Source: an uncultured delta proteobacterium (GTDB taxonomy: Bacteria; Desulfobacterota; Binatia; JACPRU01). From it: 64,000 bases of DNA. Positions within the stretch are counted from its first letter, which is position 1, and the number at the start of each line of letters is the position of its first letter. Made by a program: the position numbers and the translations under genes. This document shows, piece by piece, positions 1 through 9,897 of the stretch. Below the pieces are notes generated by a model that made no database searches, was not told the DNA's origin, and was given only the letters and a program-made list of their open reading frames with translations. Location of the stretch: contig CAVUWD010000016.1 of NCBI GenBank assembly GCA_963745025.1, positions 32,001 through 96,000 of the forward strand, written 5' to 3'.

Positions 1-2
1 TC

Positions 3-1190
3 GCGCGCCCCGAGCTCAACGTGGTGGTCATCACCGGCGACGGTGACGGGCTGGCCATCGGGGGCAATCACCTCATCCATGCCGCGCGCCGCAACATCGA
101 CCTGACCTGCCTGCTCCTCAACAACGCCATCTACGGCATGACGGGCGGACAGGGTGCCCCCACCACGCCGCCGGGCGCCCGCAGCAGCATCGCGCCGCGC
201 GGCACGGTGGAGCCGGCCTTCGACGCGTGCCGCCTGGTGACCGGGGCCGGGGCCACGTTCGTCGCCCGCGGGCTCACCGCCTCGCCCCTGGCCCTGGACG
301 ACCTGATCGCGCAGGCGATGACGCACCGGGGATTCTCGTTCGTGGAGGTGCTGAGCGACTGCCCGGAGTACTTCGGCCGCTACAACGCGCTGGGGCGCGG
401 GCCCGAGATGCTCCAGGCCCAGCGCAGTCACTTGGAGTGGGTGGGGGAATCTCTGGGTGAAAAGAAGTTCGTTCCCGGGCTGGCCTGCGACACCGCGCAC
501 GAGCCCCTGCCCTCGGTACCCTCTGGCGTTCTGCATCGCGAGACGCGGGCCGAGTTCGTCGAGACGCTGCGGCACGCCGCCGCCACCGCTTCGCGGCCCA
601 CCGCGAGACCCGTCGAGCCGGTGACGACGGCCGTGGACGAGGAGGCGCCGCGGCCGGGCCTGGCGCGGATCCGCCTGGCGGGGGCGGGCGGTCAGGGCAT
701 CGTGCTGGCGGGCCTGCTGCTGGCGGAGGCCGCGGTCGCCTCCGGGCGCAACGCCACTCAGGCGCAGGTCTACGGCCCGGAGTCGCGCGGCGGGGCGAGC
801 AAGGCGGAGGTCATCATCAGCGACGGGGAGATCGCCTACCCGTACGTCGAGCGCGTCGACCTGCTGCTCGCCCTCACCCAGGAGGCGCACGACCGCTACG
901 TGGGGCAGCTCGAGCCCACAGGCGTGCTGCTCGTCGACGACGGCCACGTGCGCCCGGCGGCCGGCGCGGGGGCGGCGTGTCACCAGCTGCCCGTCACGGC
1001 CACGGCGATGCGCGTGCTCGGCACGGCCATCGGCGCCAACCTCGTCGCCCTCGGCGCGCTCGTCGCGCTCTCCGGCGTGGTGTCGCTGGAGGCGCTCGAG
1101 CGCGTCATCGCCGCCCGGCGCCCGGGCGGCAGCGCCGAGCGCGGCCTCGCCGCCCTGCGCGCCGGCCTGGAGCTGGTGCGCGCGCACTGA
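3..1190 (+). CDS. 2-oxoacid:ferredoxin oxidoreductase beta subunit fused to gamma subunit (5' end outside window)
   Basis: TPP-binding motif GDGDGLAIGGNH...NNAIYGMTGGQ, then a linker and the gamma-domain motif IRLAGAGGQG...YGPESRGG. Confidence 0.9.
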   Translation, partial: ARPELNVVVITGDGDGLAIGGNHLIHAARRNIDLTCLLLNNAIYGMTGGQGAPTTPPGARSSIAPRGTVEPAFDACRLVTGAGATFVARGLTASPLALDDLIAQAMTHRGFSFVEVLSDCPEYFGRYNALGRGPEMLQAQRSHLEWVGESLGEKKFVPGLACDTAHEPLPSVPSGVLHRETRAEFVETLRHAAATASRPTARPVEPVTTAVDEEAPRPGLARIRLAGAGGQGIVLAGLLLAEAAVASGRNATQAQVYGPESRGGASKAEVIISDGEIAYPYVERVDLLLALTQEAHDRYVGQLEPTGVLLVDDGHVRPAAGAGAACHQLPVTATAMRVLGTAIGANLVALGALVALSGVVSLEALERVIAARRPGGSAERGLAALRAGLELVRAH

Positions 1191-1390
1191 GCCCTTCGCC
1201 CTGTGGGATGTGACCCGTCCCGGGATCGGGGCCCGCACACTGCGAGCCGCCACGCCCCCGCAAGGACCCAGGCGACGATCAAATCTCTCGACCGAACTCG
1301 ACGGCCGACGCCGTTTGTGCAAGCGGGTTGGCTGGTCTCCAGGACGACGATCGTGATAGGCGACTCGAGAATCCGGGAAGGGAGGCGGCG

Positions 1391-1645
1391 ATGAACGCGA
1401 GATGGTATCGACGGCGCGGGGCGGTGTTGATCGTGACCTCGCTGATGTTCCTGCTGCTCAGTGCATCTACGGTTCGTACCGATGAGGCGGCACCGGCCTC
1501 CACGGTGCTCGCGGCCGAACAGCATGAGTCGGGGAGCGAAGTGTCGTTGCTCGAGCTCAAGCGCGCTTCCGGCGCGGTGGGGGCAGGTGCGGGTGGCGTA
1601 GCATTCGAGGGTAGCATTCAAGGCGTGGGCATTTTATCGGCGTAG
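1391..1645 (+). pseudogene. Probable truncated secreted protein
   Basis: GGAGG RBS and a signal-peptide-like N-terminus; the sequence stops looking protein-like after LLELKRASG. Confidence 0.4.
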
Positions 1646-1702
1646 GGAATAGGTAAGTCGAGGCCTTCTCGCGGGGGCTTCACCAACACGAAAGGAGCAC
1701 CG

Positions 1703-2491
1703 ATGGAGTTCATGCAAGTGCTGGGCAACCGGCGCACGATCCGATTCTTCGAGCCTACCAAGCCCGTGGAGCGCGAGAAGATCCAGGTCATCCTGGAGGC
1801 CGCGAACCGGTCGTCCCGGGGGATCAACGTCGACTTCTGCAAGAGCATCGTCGTCTACCGCGACGAGATCAGCGACAGCGTCCGGCAGCGGCTGAAGACG
1901 CCGACGACCAACGTGGCTCTAGACCTCGCCCCCGTTTGGATTTTCTTCTACGGCGACATGAAATACCCCGCCCAGGGAAAGACGAGTCTCAAGCAGCTGG
2001 TCGACCTCGGCGCTCTCCCCGCGACCCATGGCTGGTCCCATGCCTACGTCGACGACGTGATCTGGGGCAACGTCATCGGGGTATTCGCCAACGACCCGAC
2101 GCTCAACATGTGGTTTCTTTCCGTCGAGTGCGGCTTGGCCATCTGCCAAGCGATGCTGACCGCCTACGAGGAGGGGCTCGGGGCAGGCCTGCATGCGTTC
2201 GACGCAAACGTGGCCAAGGAGGTGCTCAAGGTCCCCGATCACTGGTTCCCCATGTGGATGCTCCTCGTCGGCTACCCCGCCGAGGACCCCAAGGCGGGCG
2301 GGCAGCGTCCCCGGCGTCCCTTGGGCCAGAACAACTTCCTGGGACAGTACGGCGTTCCGTTCCCCGAGGATCCGGCGGTGACGGAGAAGCTCAAGCAGCG
2401 GGGGTTGATCCAGGAGCCCATGTCGCCGGACAGCCGGGCGCGCAAGGCCGAGATTCGCAAGCTGGCGGAGCGCTTCGGCCTGCCCATGTAG
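1703..2491 (+). CDS. Nitroreductase family protein
   Basis: N-terminal RRTIRFF FMN motif, ILEAA, AYEEGLG, LVGYP; AAGGAG RBS; paralog of 29989..30855. Confidence 0.85.
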   Translation: MEFMQVLGNRRTIRFFEPTKPVEREKIQVILEAANRSSRGINVDFCKSIVVYRDEISDSVRQRLKTPTTNVALDLAPVWIFFYGDMKYPAQGKTSLKQLVDLGALPATHGWSHAYVDDVIWGNVIGVFANDPTLNMWFLSVECGLAICQAMLTAYEEGLGAGLHAFDANVAKEVLKVPDHWFPMWMLLVGYPAEDPKAGGQRPRRPLGQNNFLGQYGVPFPEDPAVTEKLKQRGLIQEPMSPDSRARKAEIRKLAERFGLPM

Positions 2492-2872
2492 GTGTGGGGC
2501 AACCCGATTTTGAACGTCCCTGGCGAGACAGATCTCCGCTCGTTTCCAACGGTCCAGCGCTGGTTTGCCAGTGCAGGCCACGACGAGGACCCACCCGAGA
2601 TGCAGGAGCGTCTACTGGGCATCCTTGCCGACTTCTGCGAGCAGACTGGCAAGTCGCCCGACGAGCTCGTCGATGGCAGCTTCTTGCGCAGGAAGACCAC
2701 AGGCGATTTATTTATCAGCGCCAAGGCCCGGCAGCGAATGAACGAGGCCATCGCCGAGTTCGTGACAAAGAAGGGCTGGAGCGGGCGCGACGCCGTCGCC
2801 AATGGCAACGTTGTGCGTGGCTTCCTGATCCACAATGGTGTCCTGATCCAGGGAGGTGCCTGGACCGGGTGA
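2492..2872 (+). CDS. Hypothetical 126-aa protein abutting the nitroreductase
   Basis: GTG start immediately after the nitroreductase stop; protein-like composition. Confidence 0.7.
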   Translation: MWGNPILNVPGETDLRSFPTVQRWFASAGHDEDPPEMQERLLGILADFCEQTGKSPDELVDGSFLRRKTTGDLFISAKARQRMNEAIAEFVTKKGWSGRDAVANGNVVRGFLIHNGVLIQGGAWTG

Positions 2873-3175
2873 TACATCCACGCGCGAGAGCCGATGCCAG
2901 CAAGCGGTCGTTGTCGCCGGATGTCCCAATGGTTTAATTAATTTATTCGGTACACCACGGGCTCGGGATGAATCCACGGCTTCTACGTGGCAAGCTGGCC
3001 AGTCGATAATGTTTTGCCGAACGATCGCGCGAGTCAAGCCCTTCGACGAGCACGCCTTGGCGACGAGCCCGCGACGGCGGAGCGCCGCGATTCTGCGCCC
3101 AAGTCCTTGAAGAGCCCGTGTCCCGGCGCTAAAAGGATCGGCCGGCCGATGCGGCGGATCGGCGGCTGACCCCAC

Positions 3176-3249
3176 GCGCCCGTAGCTCAACGGATTAGAG
3201 CATCAGACTACGGATCTGGGGGTTACAGGTTCGAATCCTGTCGGGCGCG
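3176..3249 (+). tRNA. tRNA-Arg(ACG)
   Basis: Acceptor stem GCGCCCG/CGGGCGC, anticodon arm TCAGA-CTACGGA-TCTGG, T-loop GGTTCGAATCC; CCA not encoded. Confidence 0.97.
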
Positions 3250-3373
3250 CTTTCTTCTAGACCTTGTGCCGCAACGATTTACGGCGTTTTTCGAGAGCGG
3301 CTTTCGGTACGCTCCGGGCGGCTCGAAGTGGCTACCTATGGCGAGCCTATGGCAACGCCGAAACGTCGGCCGC

Positions 3374-3676
3374 CTAAGCCGCGGTTCGAGCCGACCAACG
3401 CTCGGCCGAGAAGATTGCCCGCCTCACAGTGCTCGGCTCCCAGCCGAGCCAGCCGCACGCCTCGTTGAAACTGACCACGCCAATGTTGCCGTCCTCTATC
3501 CAGGCGCGTGCGGCCGCCACTTCGGCCGGCTTCGTCGTCGCCACGATATGGGCGAAGTCTTCGCCCCGCACGAGCCTGACCGCGTCGAACATTACCTCGG
3601 CGTAGAGGTTTTGCTCCGGACGGGCGGAGACGTTGCGCCACAGCGACATGGGAATCAACGGCTCGACGACAAACAT
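3374..3676 (-). CDS. Hypothetical 100-aa protein
   Basis: Pattern EQNLYAEVMFDAV...ARAWI...SFNEACGWLGWEPSTVRR resembles a small uncharacterised family; recognised from memory. Confidence 0.6.
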   Translation of the reverse strand: MFVVEPLIPMSLWRNVSARPEQNLYAEVMFDAVRLVRGEDFAHIVATTKPAEVAAARAWIEDGNIGVVSFNEACGWLGWEPSTVRRAIFSAERWSARTAA

Positions 3677-3779
3677 ACGCCGACCGTGGCACGAGCGCGG
3701 GAGCGCGGGTATAGGGTGTTGCCCTTACCAGCGTCGCCAGAGCTCTCAGGCACGACGAAGCGACTCTAGGTGTTTTCCC

Positions 3780-3920
3780 TTACTGGTGCGGACTCTCGTC
3801 CTCGTGGCAGGTGTACGCCGCCACGACCAAGCGACCCCGATAGCGTGGGCTGAACGGCAGAATCACTTCACGCTTCGGGGTCGCCCCCACCCCGAGACTC
3901 GCCACGGTCTTGCGGCTCAT
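3780..3920 (-). CDS. Small hypothetical peptide (46 aa, MSRKTVAS...)
   Basis: GAAGGAG RBS directly before the ATG at 3920. Confidence 0.3.
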   Translation of the reverse strand: MSRKTVASLGVGATPKREVILPFSPRYRGRLVVAAYTCHEDESPHQ

Positions 3921-4064
3921 AGCTCCTTCACGTCCGGTAGTCGCTGACGATCGCGCCAGCGATGCAAAATCTTCCTCCCGCGGGATCGCCGTGCCGACCT
4001 GACCGCCCACCAACCGATTTCCACCAATGCTTTCTTCCTACCTCCTCGTCACCCAACCCCGTTT

Positions 4065-4125
4065 ACCGGCAGCAGCCGTGAGGCCTTCGTGCCTCCGGCT
4101 GCTGTCGGTTTCGCCTTCTTTTTTT
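4065..4125 (+). terminator. Long hairpin followed by a T-tract
   Basis: ACCGGCAGCAGCCGTGAGGC / GCCTCCGGCTGCTGTCGGT stem, then TTCTTTTTTT. Confidence 0.5.
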
Positions 4126-4231
4126 GCCAAAAATCCGCAACCCGCAAAATCGCAATTCGCCGCACGGAGCAACTGACGCTACCTCGACGACGTTGGCCCA
4201 CATCGATGACTCCACGCCCGCCATTTGCGCC

Positions 4232-4505
4232 ATCGAAGGCGAGCGCAAGCAGGTGACGGTGCTCTTCGCCGACGTGCAAGGCTCCATGGCGCTGGCCGAG
4301 CAAGTCGATCCCGAGAGGTGGCACGGGATTCTTGACCGCTTCGTCCAGATCCTCATCGACGGAGTTTCACCGCTTCGAGGGAACGGTCAATCAGTACATG
4401 GGCGACGGGATCATGGCCTTCTTCGGGGCGCCGATCGCGCACGAGGCCCACGCGGCGCGCGCTTGCTACGCGGCGCTGTCGCTCCAGGAAGACCTTCGCC
4501 GCTTA
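4232..4505 (+). pseudogene. Class III adenylate/guanylate cyclase fragment
   Basis: GERKQVTVLFADVQGS, frameshift near 4365, HRFEGTVNQYMGDGIMAFFGAPIAHE; no start codon context; truncated at the nrsF 3' end. Confidence 0.85.
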
Positions 4506-5195
4506 GCGACGCCTGAGCGACAGGAGCGCCTGCCCGAGCAGCGCGCCCGCGCCGGCCAGAGCAAACAGCGGCAGGACGTGGCCGAGCAGCAAGTGCGGCA
4601 CAAAGGCAACCGGACACCAGAGGTCAACTGCGACCCACGCGCAGGCGCCGGCTGCAAGTCCCATTACCGCGCCGTTGAGCGCGGGCTGCACGGGGGCGCT
4701 CCGGCGTATGGCGAGGAAAGACAACAGAGGCCCAACCGCGACGAGGAGCGACAACGAAAGGCACCGCCACCCAGGCCGTTCCGGCCACGCCACCATGGCG
4801 TCGCCGAACGCCATGCTCCAGCCCACCTTCCACGCAAACAGACCGATCGGTATCAGAACGGCTCCGTAAAGAAGCCAGCTGCGAGGCCGTCCGAGCATCG
4901 ATCGGCCTCTCCCGAGTGCGACCCACAAAGCCGTCGCCGTAACACCCATTGCACCACCGGCCGTCGTCACGACAAGCCAGACCGATCGCTCCAAGTGTTG
5001 CGACGGCGCGACCTCGCCGCCAAGCCCCAACAACTTGCCCTGCGACATGAGCAGCGCGAAGATCACAAACGCGCCAATACCGCTAGCGACCGCGACCACA
5101 CTGATGAACATGTTGCGGCGCTTGACCGCTGCGCGCGTCGGCGATGGCTCCGCCGCGGCCGCCGCCAACACCCGCGCCCTGAGTTCCGCGCTCAC
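4503..5195 (-). CDS. NrsF/DUF1109-like membrane anti-sigma factor
   Basis: Multi-TM protein with RRSAPVQP, WCP and HLLLGH motifs; GTGA overlap with the sigma factor stop. Confidence 0.8.
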   Translation of the reverse strand: MSAELRARVLAAAAAEPSPTRAAVKRRNMFISVVAVASGIGAFVIFALLMSQGKLLGLGGEVAPSQHLERSVWLVVTTAGGAMGVTATALWVALGRGRSMLGRPRSWLLYGAVLIPIGLFAWKVGWSMAFGDAMVAWPERPGWRCLSLSLLVAVGPLLSFLAIRRSAPVQPALNGAVMGLAAGACAWVAVDLWCPVAFVPHLLLGHVLPLFALAGAGALLGQALLSLRRR

Positions 5196-5803
5196 GGCGT
5201 TTCTCCCGCTTCGCGAAACACGGCACGCAAAGCCTGGTAGGCTCGATGGGTTCTCAGCTTCACGGCGGTCACCGACGTTCCCAATACTTCCGCTGCTTCT
5301 TTGAGACTCAGGCCTTCCTGCTGGAGAAGTTGGTACGCGGTGCGTTGGGCCTCGGGGAGGGCATCGAGCCGCTGCCGGACGCGCCCCTCCAGGCGGCGCG
5401 CGTGCAAGAGATCGTCGGCGGCAGCCATCGCTGCAGTCGGTTCGTACGTCATCCGATCGTCGTCGGCCGGAGCCTCCGAGAATAGGCGCTGCTCCACGCG
5501 GCGCCGTCGAGCGCTGTCGATCATCAGTCGCCGCGCGATCGCATAGGCCCACGGCATCACACGGGCACCCGGTATGAATGACCCGCGCTCCCGGTGAATC
5601 TGTAGCAGCGTCTGTTGCATCAAGTCCTCCGCAGCGGCGTGATCCCTCGTGGCTTTGCGCAAGAAGCCAAGCAGGCGCGGCGCGATCGCATCGTACAATT
5701 CGGCAAACGCAGCCTCATCACCCTTGGAGTAGCGCTCCATGGATGCGTCCGCGCCGTCAACGCCTGGTTTTGCCACAACACGCTCGGTGCTCTTCCCTAG
5801 CAT
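5192..5803 (-). CDS. ECF sigma-70 factor (SigF-like; exact start uncertain)
   Basis: GDEAAFAELY, AEDLMQQT, region 4 EAAEVLGTSVTAVKLRTHRA. Confidence 0.92.
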   Translation of the reverse strand: MLGKSTERVVAKPGVDGADASMERYSKGDEAAFAELYDAIAPRLLGFLRKATRDHAAAEDLMQQTLLQIHRERGSFIPGARVMPWAYAIARRLMIDSARRRRVEQRLFSEAPADDDRMTYEPTAAMAAADDLLHARRLEGRVRQRLDALPEAQRTAYQLLQQEGLSLKEAAEVLGTSVTAVKLRTHRAYQALRAVFREAGETP

Positions 5804-5806
5804 AGA

Positions 5807-5831
5807 TACGAAACCGGGCGACCAAAGTTTC
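5807..5831 (-). promoter_or_regulatory. Putative ECF autoregulatory promoter
   Basis: Minus strand GAAAC-N16-CGTA immediately upstream of the sigma gene. Confidence 0.6.
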
Positions 5832-6741
5832 TCCGTCCAAGAGCTAAGTCAACCCGTCGATCTCATCCATCCGTAATCAGTAGCCGAGCGGCACTTTCGC
5901 CGCCCACGACTCAAAACCGGCGCACGCAGCCGCCAAAGGAGACTTGTATCAAAACTTCCGAAAGGTTCGCACGTCCGCCCACGCTCCTCTTCGCCGGCGT
6001 GGCTCTCTCAGCCTGCCCGCGTCCTCGGACCGAAGCCGCGCAAGCGATCGAGTGTACTTTTTCAGATGCTCGCGATCTTTGTCGGTCAGCTCTCGACCGA
6101 AACGCGAGAGACCCATGTTTTCGTTGGGATCGGCGATCTTCGGCTCTCGCTCGATCGGGTTCAGCGCTACTCGGTCGCTGAAGGAGTCGTAGCTCTCGCC
6201 CTCATCGTGGTGCCTGGGGCGTTCGGTGCTGCCGGGCCGCGATGAAGGGGGGATACCACCGGCGGCCAGAGTATCGCTCCGATACGCTTTGCGTCAAAAA
6301 CTTGTGTTTCTGATGCAGCGGATGCGCACGGGTGGCTGCGCGGAATCGCTCGCCCTCGAAGCGCCTCTCTTCACGGCCCGCTTCAGCGTGCTCAGCCCAT
6401 GGGATTGATGCGCTCCGAGCTGCTCCTCGTGCTTAGGATTGGGGATCATGCACGACCCTCGAAATGGGGCAAAAATGGGCAGGTGCCTCGCAAACCCTTA
6501 TCCTGTGCGGGTTCTCTGAGTCCGATGCTGGCCAAAGTGTCTGTTCGGGTCGGATTGACATTACCTGCGCGTGGGGGAAATCCCACGTCGAATTTGACAA
6601 AATTTGGTAACTTGTGACGAGATCTCGACGCCTATCCCCTAAACTTAGTCCGTTTTCAAAACCCAAAGTTCGGCACTGCTCTTGCAACCATAGAAAAGTG
6701 AGCGTGTTCGTGGCAGAACACGCTTGCTCGAACGGCTTGCG

Positions 6742-6987
6742 ATGACAATCAAATCCGCCATCTATCTCGTCATCCAGCGGCTACATTTCACAGCAGAGGG
6801 CTGGCCCGGATATCTCGATGTCATCACTGAGCCCTCATACATGGATTCCCACGCGGCTCGGGCCCGTCTGGAGGAACTCGCCGCTCTCTACGAGACGGAA
6901 GAGAAGCGCAAGGCGCTCGCAGCTCTGGGCGCTGAAACCCGCTTCTATCTGCGAGATGTCTCGCTCGTTGAGGGAATGGAACAGTAA
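6742..6987 (+). CDS. Hypothetical protein downstream of an AT-richer segment
   Basis: Open frame with protein-like composition; no recognisable family. Confidence 0.4.
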   Translation: MTIKSAIYLVIQRLHFTAEGWPGYLDVITEPSYMDSHAARARLEELAALYETEEKRKALAALGAETRFYLRDVSLVEGMEQ

Positions 6988-7279
6988 GAACCGCGCGGTG
7001 GGGGAAGGTTTCGCCTCGTGGCCCCAGGTCGAGCAGCTCCACCCGCGAAATGCGTGAAGCACGCTGAGCGGCGGAGTGGTGCGGAACTTTGGCGCTTCGG
7101 CCCGGTGAGATCGTTTCCGGCTGGACCGACGGCCTCATGTTCGATGCCTCGCAGAAGCTGGTCAGGCTGATTGGGAGAATGCCGCCGCTTCTGAAACTTT
7201 TCGTGACCTGGTACGCAGTTCGATACCCCACCCGCCGACTAGGAGTTCGAGCGGGAGATTTCGATCCCAGGCGCCGGGT

Positions 7280-7711
7280 TCACTCCTTGATCTTCATGCT
7301 GATGCCGCCGACGCCGAAGGTGAACTTCAGGCCTTGCGTAGCCGACACCAGCCTTACGTTCACTCCGTTCTGGTTCGTCATGGTGGCTGCCGATGCGCCT
7401 CCAGCCACCGTCGCCCCGGCCGCCGCAGCCGTGTAGTTGCCGTCGAAGTTCGAGAGGTTCTTCAGGTTGTAGACTACCCCGGTTGCCTTCAGCCTAGTGG
7501 CGCCAACGTCAACCACGGAGAGACCCGACACCTCGATCGGATAGGTCTTCCCCGCGTAAAGGAGATCGCCGCTTGCCCAGACGATCCCCACGCCGACGGC
7601 CATGGAGCCGCCGCTCAGCCTGATCGTTGCATCGGGTTTGTCCTCTGCCTGCGCCGCAGTCAGCAGAAAACCCAACGCAGCCGTCATCATCAAAATGCTT
7701 ACAGCTCGCAT
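7280..7711 (-). CDS. Secreted DUF1134-like beta-strand protein
   Basis: Signal peptide, then GGSMAVGVG...VYNLKNLSNFDGNY...NQNGV. Confidence 0.75.
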   Translation of the reverse strand: MRAVSILMMTAALGFLLTAAQAEDKPDATIRLSGGSMAVGVGIVWASGDLLYAGKTYPIEVSGLSVVDVGATRLKATGVVYNLKNLSNFDGNYTAAAAGATVAGGASAATMTNQNGVNVRLVSATQGLKFTFGVGGISMKIKE

Positions 7712-7778
7712 TTCATATTGCCTGCCTTTCTCTTCTTGGTGTCCCGAGTTCGCCGAAGTTAGGCTCGACGAGGTGATT

Positions 7779-9644
7779 CTACGGCCCGCCGCCGCATTGC
7801 GAGGCCGCGTCGGCATGCTCGAGGAGGACGCGGCGTACTTCCTCGATGGTCTCGGGGTTTCCCTGCGTCGAGTGATCGGACCGCACGACCGTCTCCGACT
7901 CGACGCCCTCGATGTGCGCGCTCGTGTACTCGACCACGCCATCGTTCCCGGATTCGATGGGGCCATCGCCCTTGACCGGAATGATCGAGTGGACGACCAC
8001 CCCCGGAGCGATCGGGGTCTCGGAGATCAACCTGATGAACCGATGCTTCGGCGACATGTTGTCGACGGCGGTCATGCTGCCGAGATCCGCAACCGTGAAG
8101 GCACTCGGGTTCGCGCCCGTCACGTCGCCCATCAGGCCGGTCAGTCGCTTCGGAAGGCTCACCAGGCTCGCGATCAGCCGCCGTACGACGTCGCGCGAGG
8201 CGAGGTAGCTGCCGCGGTGAGGGGTGGCGATGAACACGACGCGGCGCACGAACGGCAGCGGCTTCACGAACGCCATTTGGCGAATCATCTCTCGCTGCTC
8301 GTCGGTCATCTGCACTTCTTCGAAGGGCTTGTTGCTGACGGCCCTCCAGAACCGATCGCCGGAGTCGATGACCGTCATTTTCGTCAGCAGACCGCCTTGG
8401 CTGTGGCCGATCACGACCATGTCGCGAAGGCACGCATCGCGACCGGACGGGTCCATGCTGTCCACCGCCTCACTGAGGTCCTTCCGGAACAAATAGGACG
8501 AATAGGCGATTGGACTCCCGGAATTGTAGAAGAAGAACCACGGCTCGAACTCGCGATGGATGCGCGGGTCGTTGTCGAGAACGTTGAGCATCTCCGCCCA
8601 GCGGCCGGGGCTCGAGTAGGTGCCGTGCACGAAGACGACGGGGATTCTACCCACCCGATGCGGTCGCAGCCCGAACAAGCGGCCTTCATCTATTTTCAGC
8701 GTGGTCAGACCGCCGAAAAAAGCCTGCAGCTCCTGCTTCCAGACCGGCGAGTCGGCGAGCATCGCGGCGATAGTCGCCGTTTGCTCGCGCTCGAGAGGCA
8801 CACCCTGCGCCCCGATCGACAGCGTCTTCGGATCGGGGGTGGGGTGCAGGTCGAGCCTCGCGTGAACCGTTCCGGCGGTGAGCTGCTTGCGGACGTCCTC
8901 GACGACGAGCACCGCCGTGACCGGGATCTTCAGACGCGGCGCGAGAAAGTCGGTCGAATGATCGGGGTCTTCGGCGGCCGCGCTGGCGGCGAGCGGCGCG
9001 CCGATGCCGCCGGTACGAAATCGGCTGCGTAGGCCGTGGACCTCGAGCTCGGCGACGGGAACGAAATCACGAAGGTGGCGGCCGTTCCACTCCAGGCTTG
9101 CTTCGTCGAATTCGATCTTGAGCTGGCCGAATGGCAGAGGGAACGTCCCTCCGTGAAGGTCGACGTATTCGCCGTCGGCCGTCGACAGGCCTTCGGTGAG
9201 GGCCCGGTTATACAGATCCGAGGCGACGCGCAGCCGCGGGTCGAAAGGGTCGGGCGCATGGTCGCCGAACAGATAGCTCCACGCGTAGAGCGCGGCGGCC
9301 AAATACCAGGATCGGTTTTTCGTCTTTTCGGCGTGCAGGAACGAGAGCTCGGCGAGCGCGAAGTAGAGATCGTTCTCGCCGGTGCCGAGCGCGAGGGAGC
9401 GTAGGTCGGCTAGAGCCTGCTCGGGATCCTCGTCGAAGCGGTCCGCGACGTCGAGTCGGTTGAGCTCGTTGCGCGAGAACAAGCTCGGCTCGTCGCCCGA
9501 GAGCGCGCTCGCCGTGAGCTGGCGGCCCACCGTGCGCGCATCGGCGCGCGTGACGCCGACGGGAACGGCCGCGCAACCGGTCACGGCGAGCACCGCGATC
9601 AGCGCCAAGGACCAACCAGAGCGATTGAGGAGCCCGCGTGTCAT
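7779..9644 (-). CDS. Lipoprotein alpha/beta hydrolase (esterase/lipase)
   Basis: Lipobox VTGC, IPVVFVHG, nucleophile GHSQGG, DGVV, DHS. Confidence 0.88.
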   Translation of the reverse strand: MTRGLLNRSGWSLALIAVLAVTGCAAVPVGVTRADARTVGRQLTASALSGDEPSLFSRNELNRLDVADRFDEDPEQALADLRSLALGTGENDLYFALAELSFLHAEKTKNRSWYLAAALYAWSYLFGDHAPDPFDPRLRVASDLYNRALTEGLSTADGEYVDLHGGTFPLPFGQLKIEFDEASLEWNGRHLRDFVPVAELEVHGLRSRFRTGGIGAPLAASAAAEDPDHSTDFLAPRLKIPVTAVLVVEDVRKQLTAGTVHARLDLHPTPDPKTLSIGAQGVPLEREQTATIAAMLADSPVWKQELQAFFGGLTTLKIDEGRLFGLRPHRVGRIPVVFVHGTYSSPGRWAEMLNVLDNDPRIHREFEPWFFFYNSGSPIAYSSYLFRKDLSEAVDSMDPSGRDACLRDMVVIGHSQGGLLTKMTVIDSGDRFWRAVSNKPFEEVQMTDEQREMIRQMAFVKPLPFVRRVVFIATPHRGSYLASRDVVRRLIASLVSLPKRLTGLMGDVTGANPSAFTVADLGSMTAVDNMSPKHRFIRLISETPIAPGVVVHSIIPVKGDGPIESGNDGVVEYTSAHIEGVESETVVRSDHSTQGNPETIEEVRRVLLEHADAASQCGGGP

Positions 9645-9839
9645 TTCTTCGCGGAGGACTCACGTCACAACAACGTGAGCTTGCCAAGGGGGTAGACCGA
9701 GGGTGGGATGCCGCAGGGTCACACAGGGACTCCGACACTTTCGCGGTGGGTACTGGAGGCGTCGAGGGCGCGGTCGTGGCGCCTCTCGGCTTGCTGACCG
9801 CTTTCAAATTCTCCGGCGCGTACACCCCGCTCGACGCCC

Positions 9840-9897
9840 GTCGGCAGTAGTTTGCCCCAGTCCTCGACGGGGCGATTGGAGGTCATTTGCGTCGTTC
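9840..9897 (-). mobile_element. IS21-family istB relic
   Basis: Minus strand encodes TTQMTSNRPVEDWGKLL, matching the IstB TSNRP..DWG.LL motif. Confidence 0.6.

Noticed and set aside
1598-1623. 13-bp tandem repeat GTAGCATTC(G/A)AGG upstream of the nitroreductase
   Set aside because: Only two copies; could be an operator or a junction scar, but nothing else supports it
5950-6430. Minus-strand open stretches (HGLSTLKRAVK..., ...MGLSRFGRELTDKDREHLKKY...) as phage gene remnants
   Set aside because: Too short and interrupted to assign without a search
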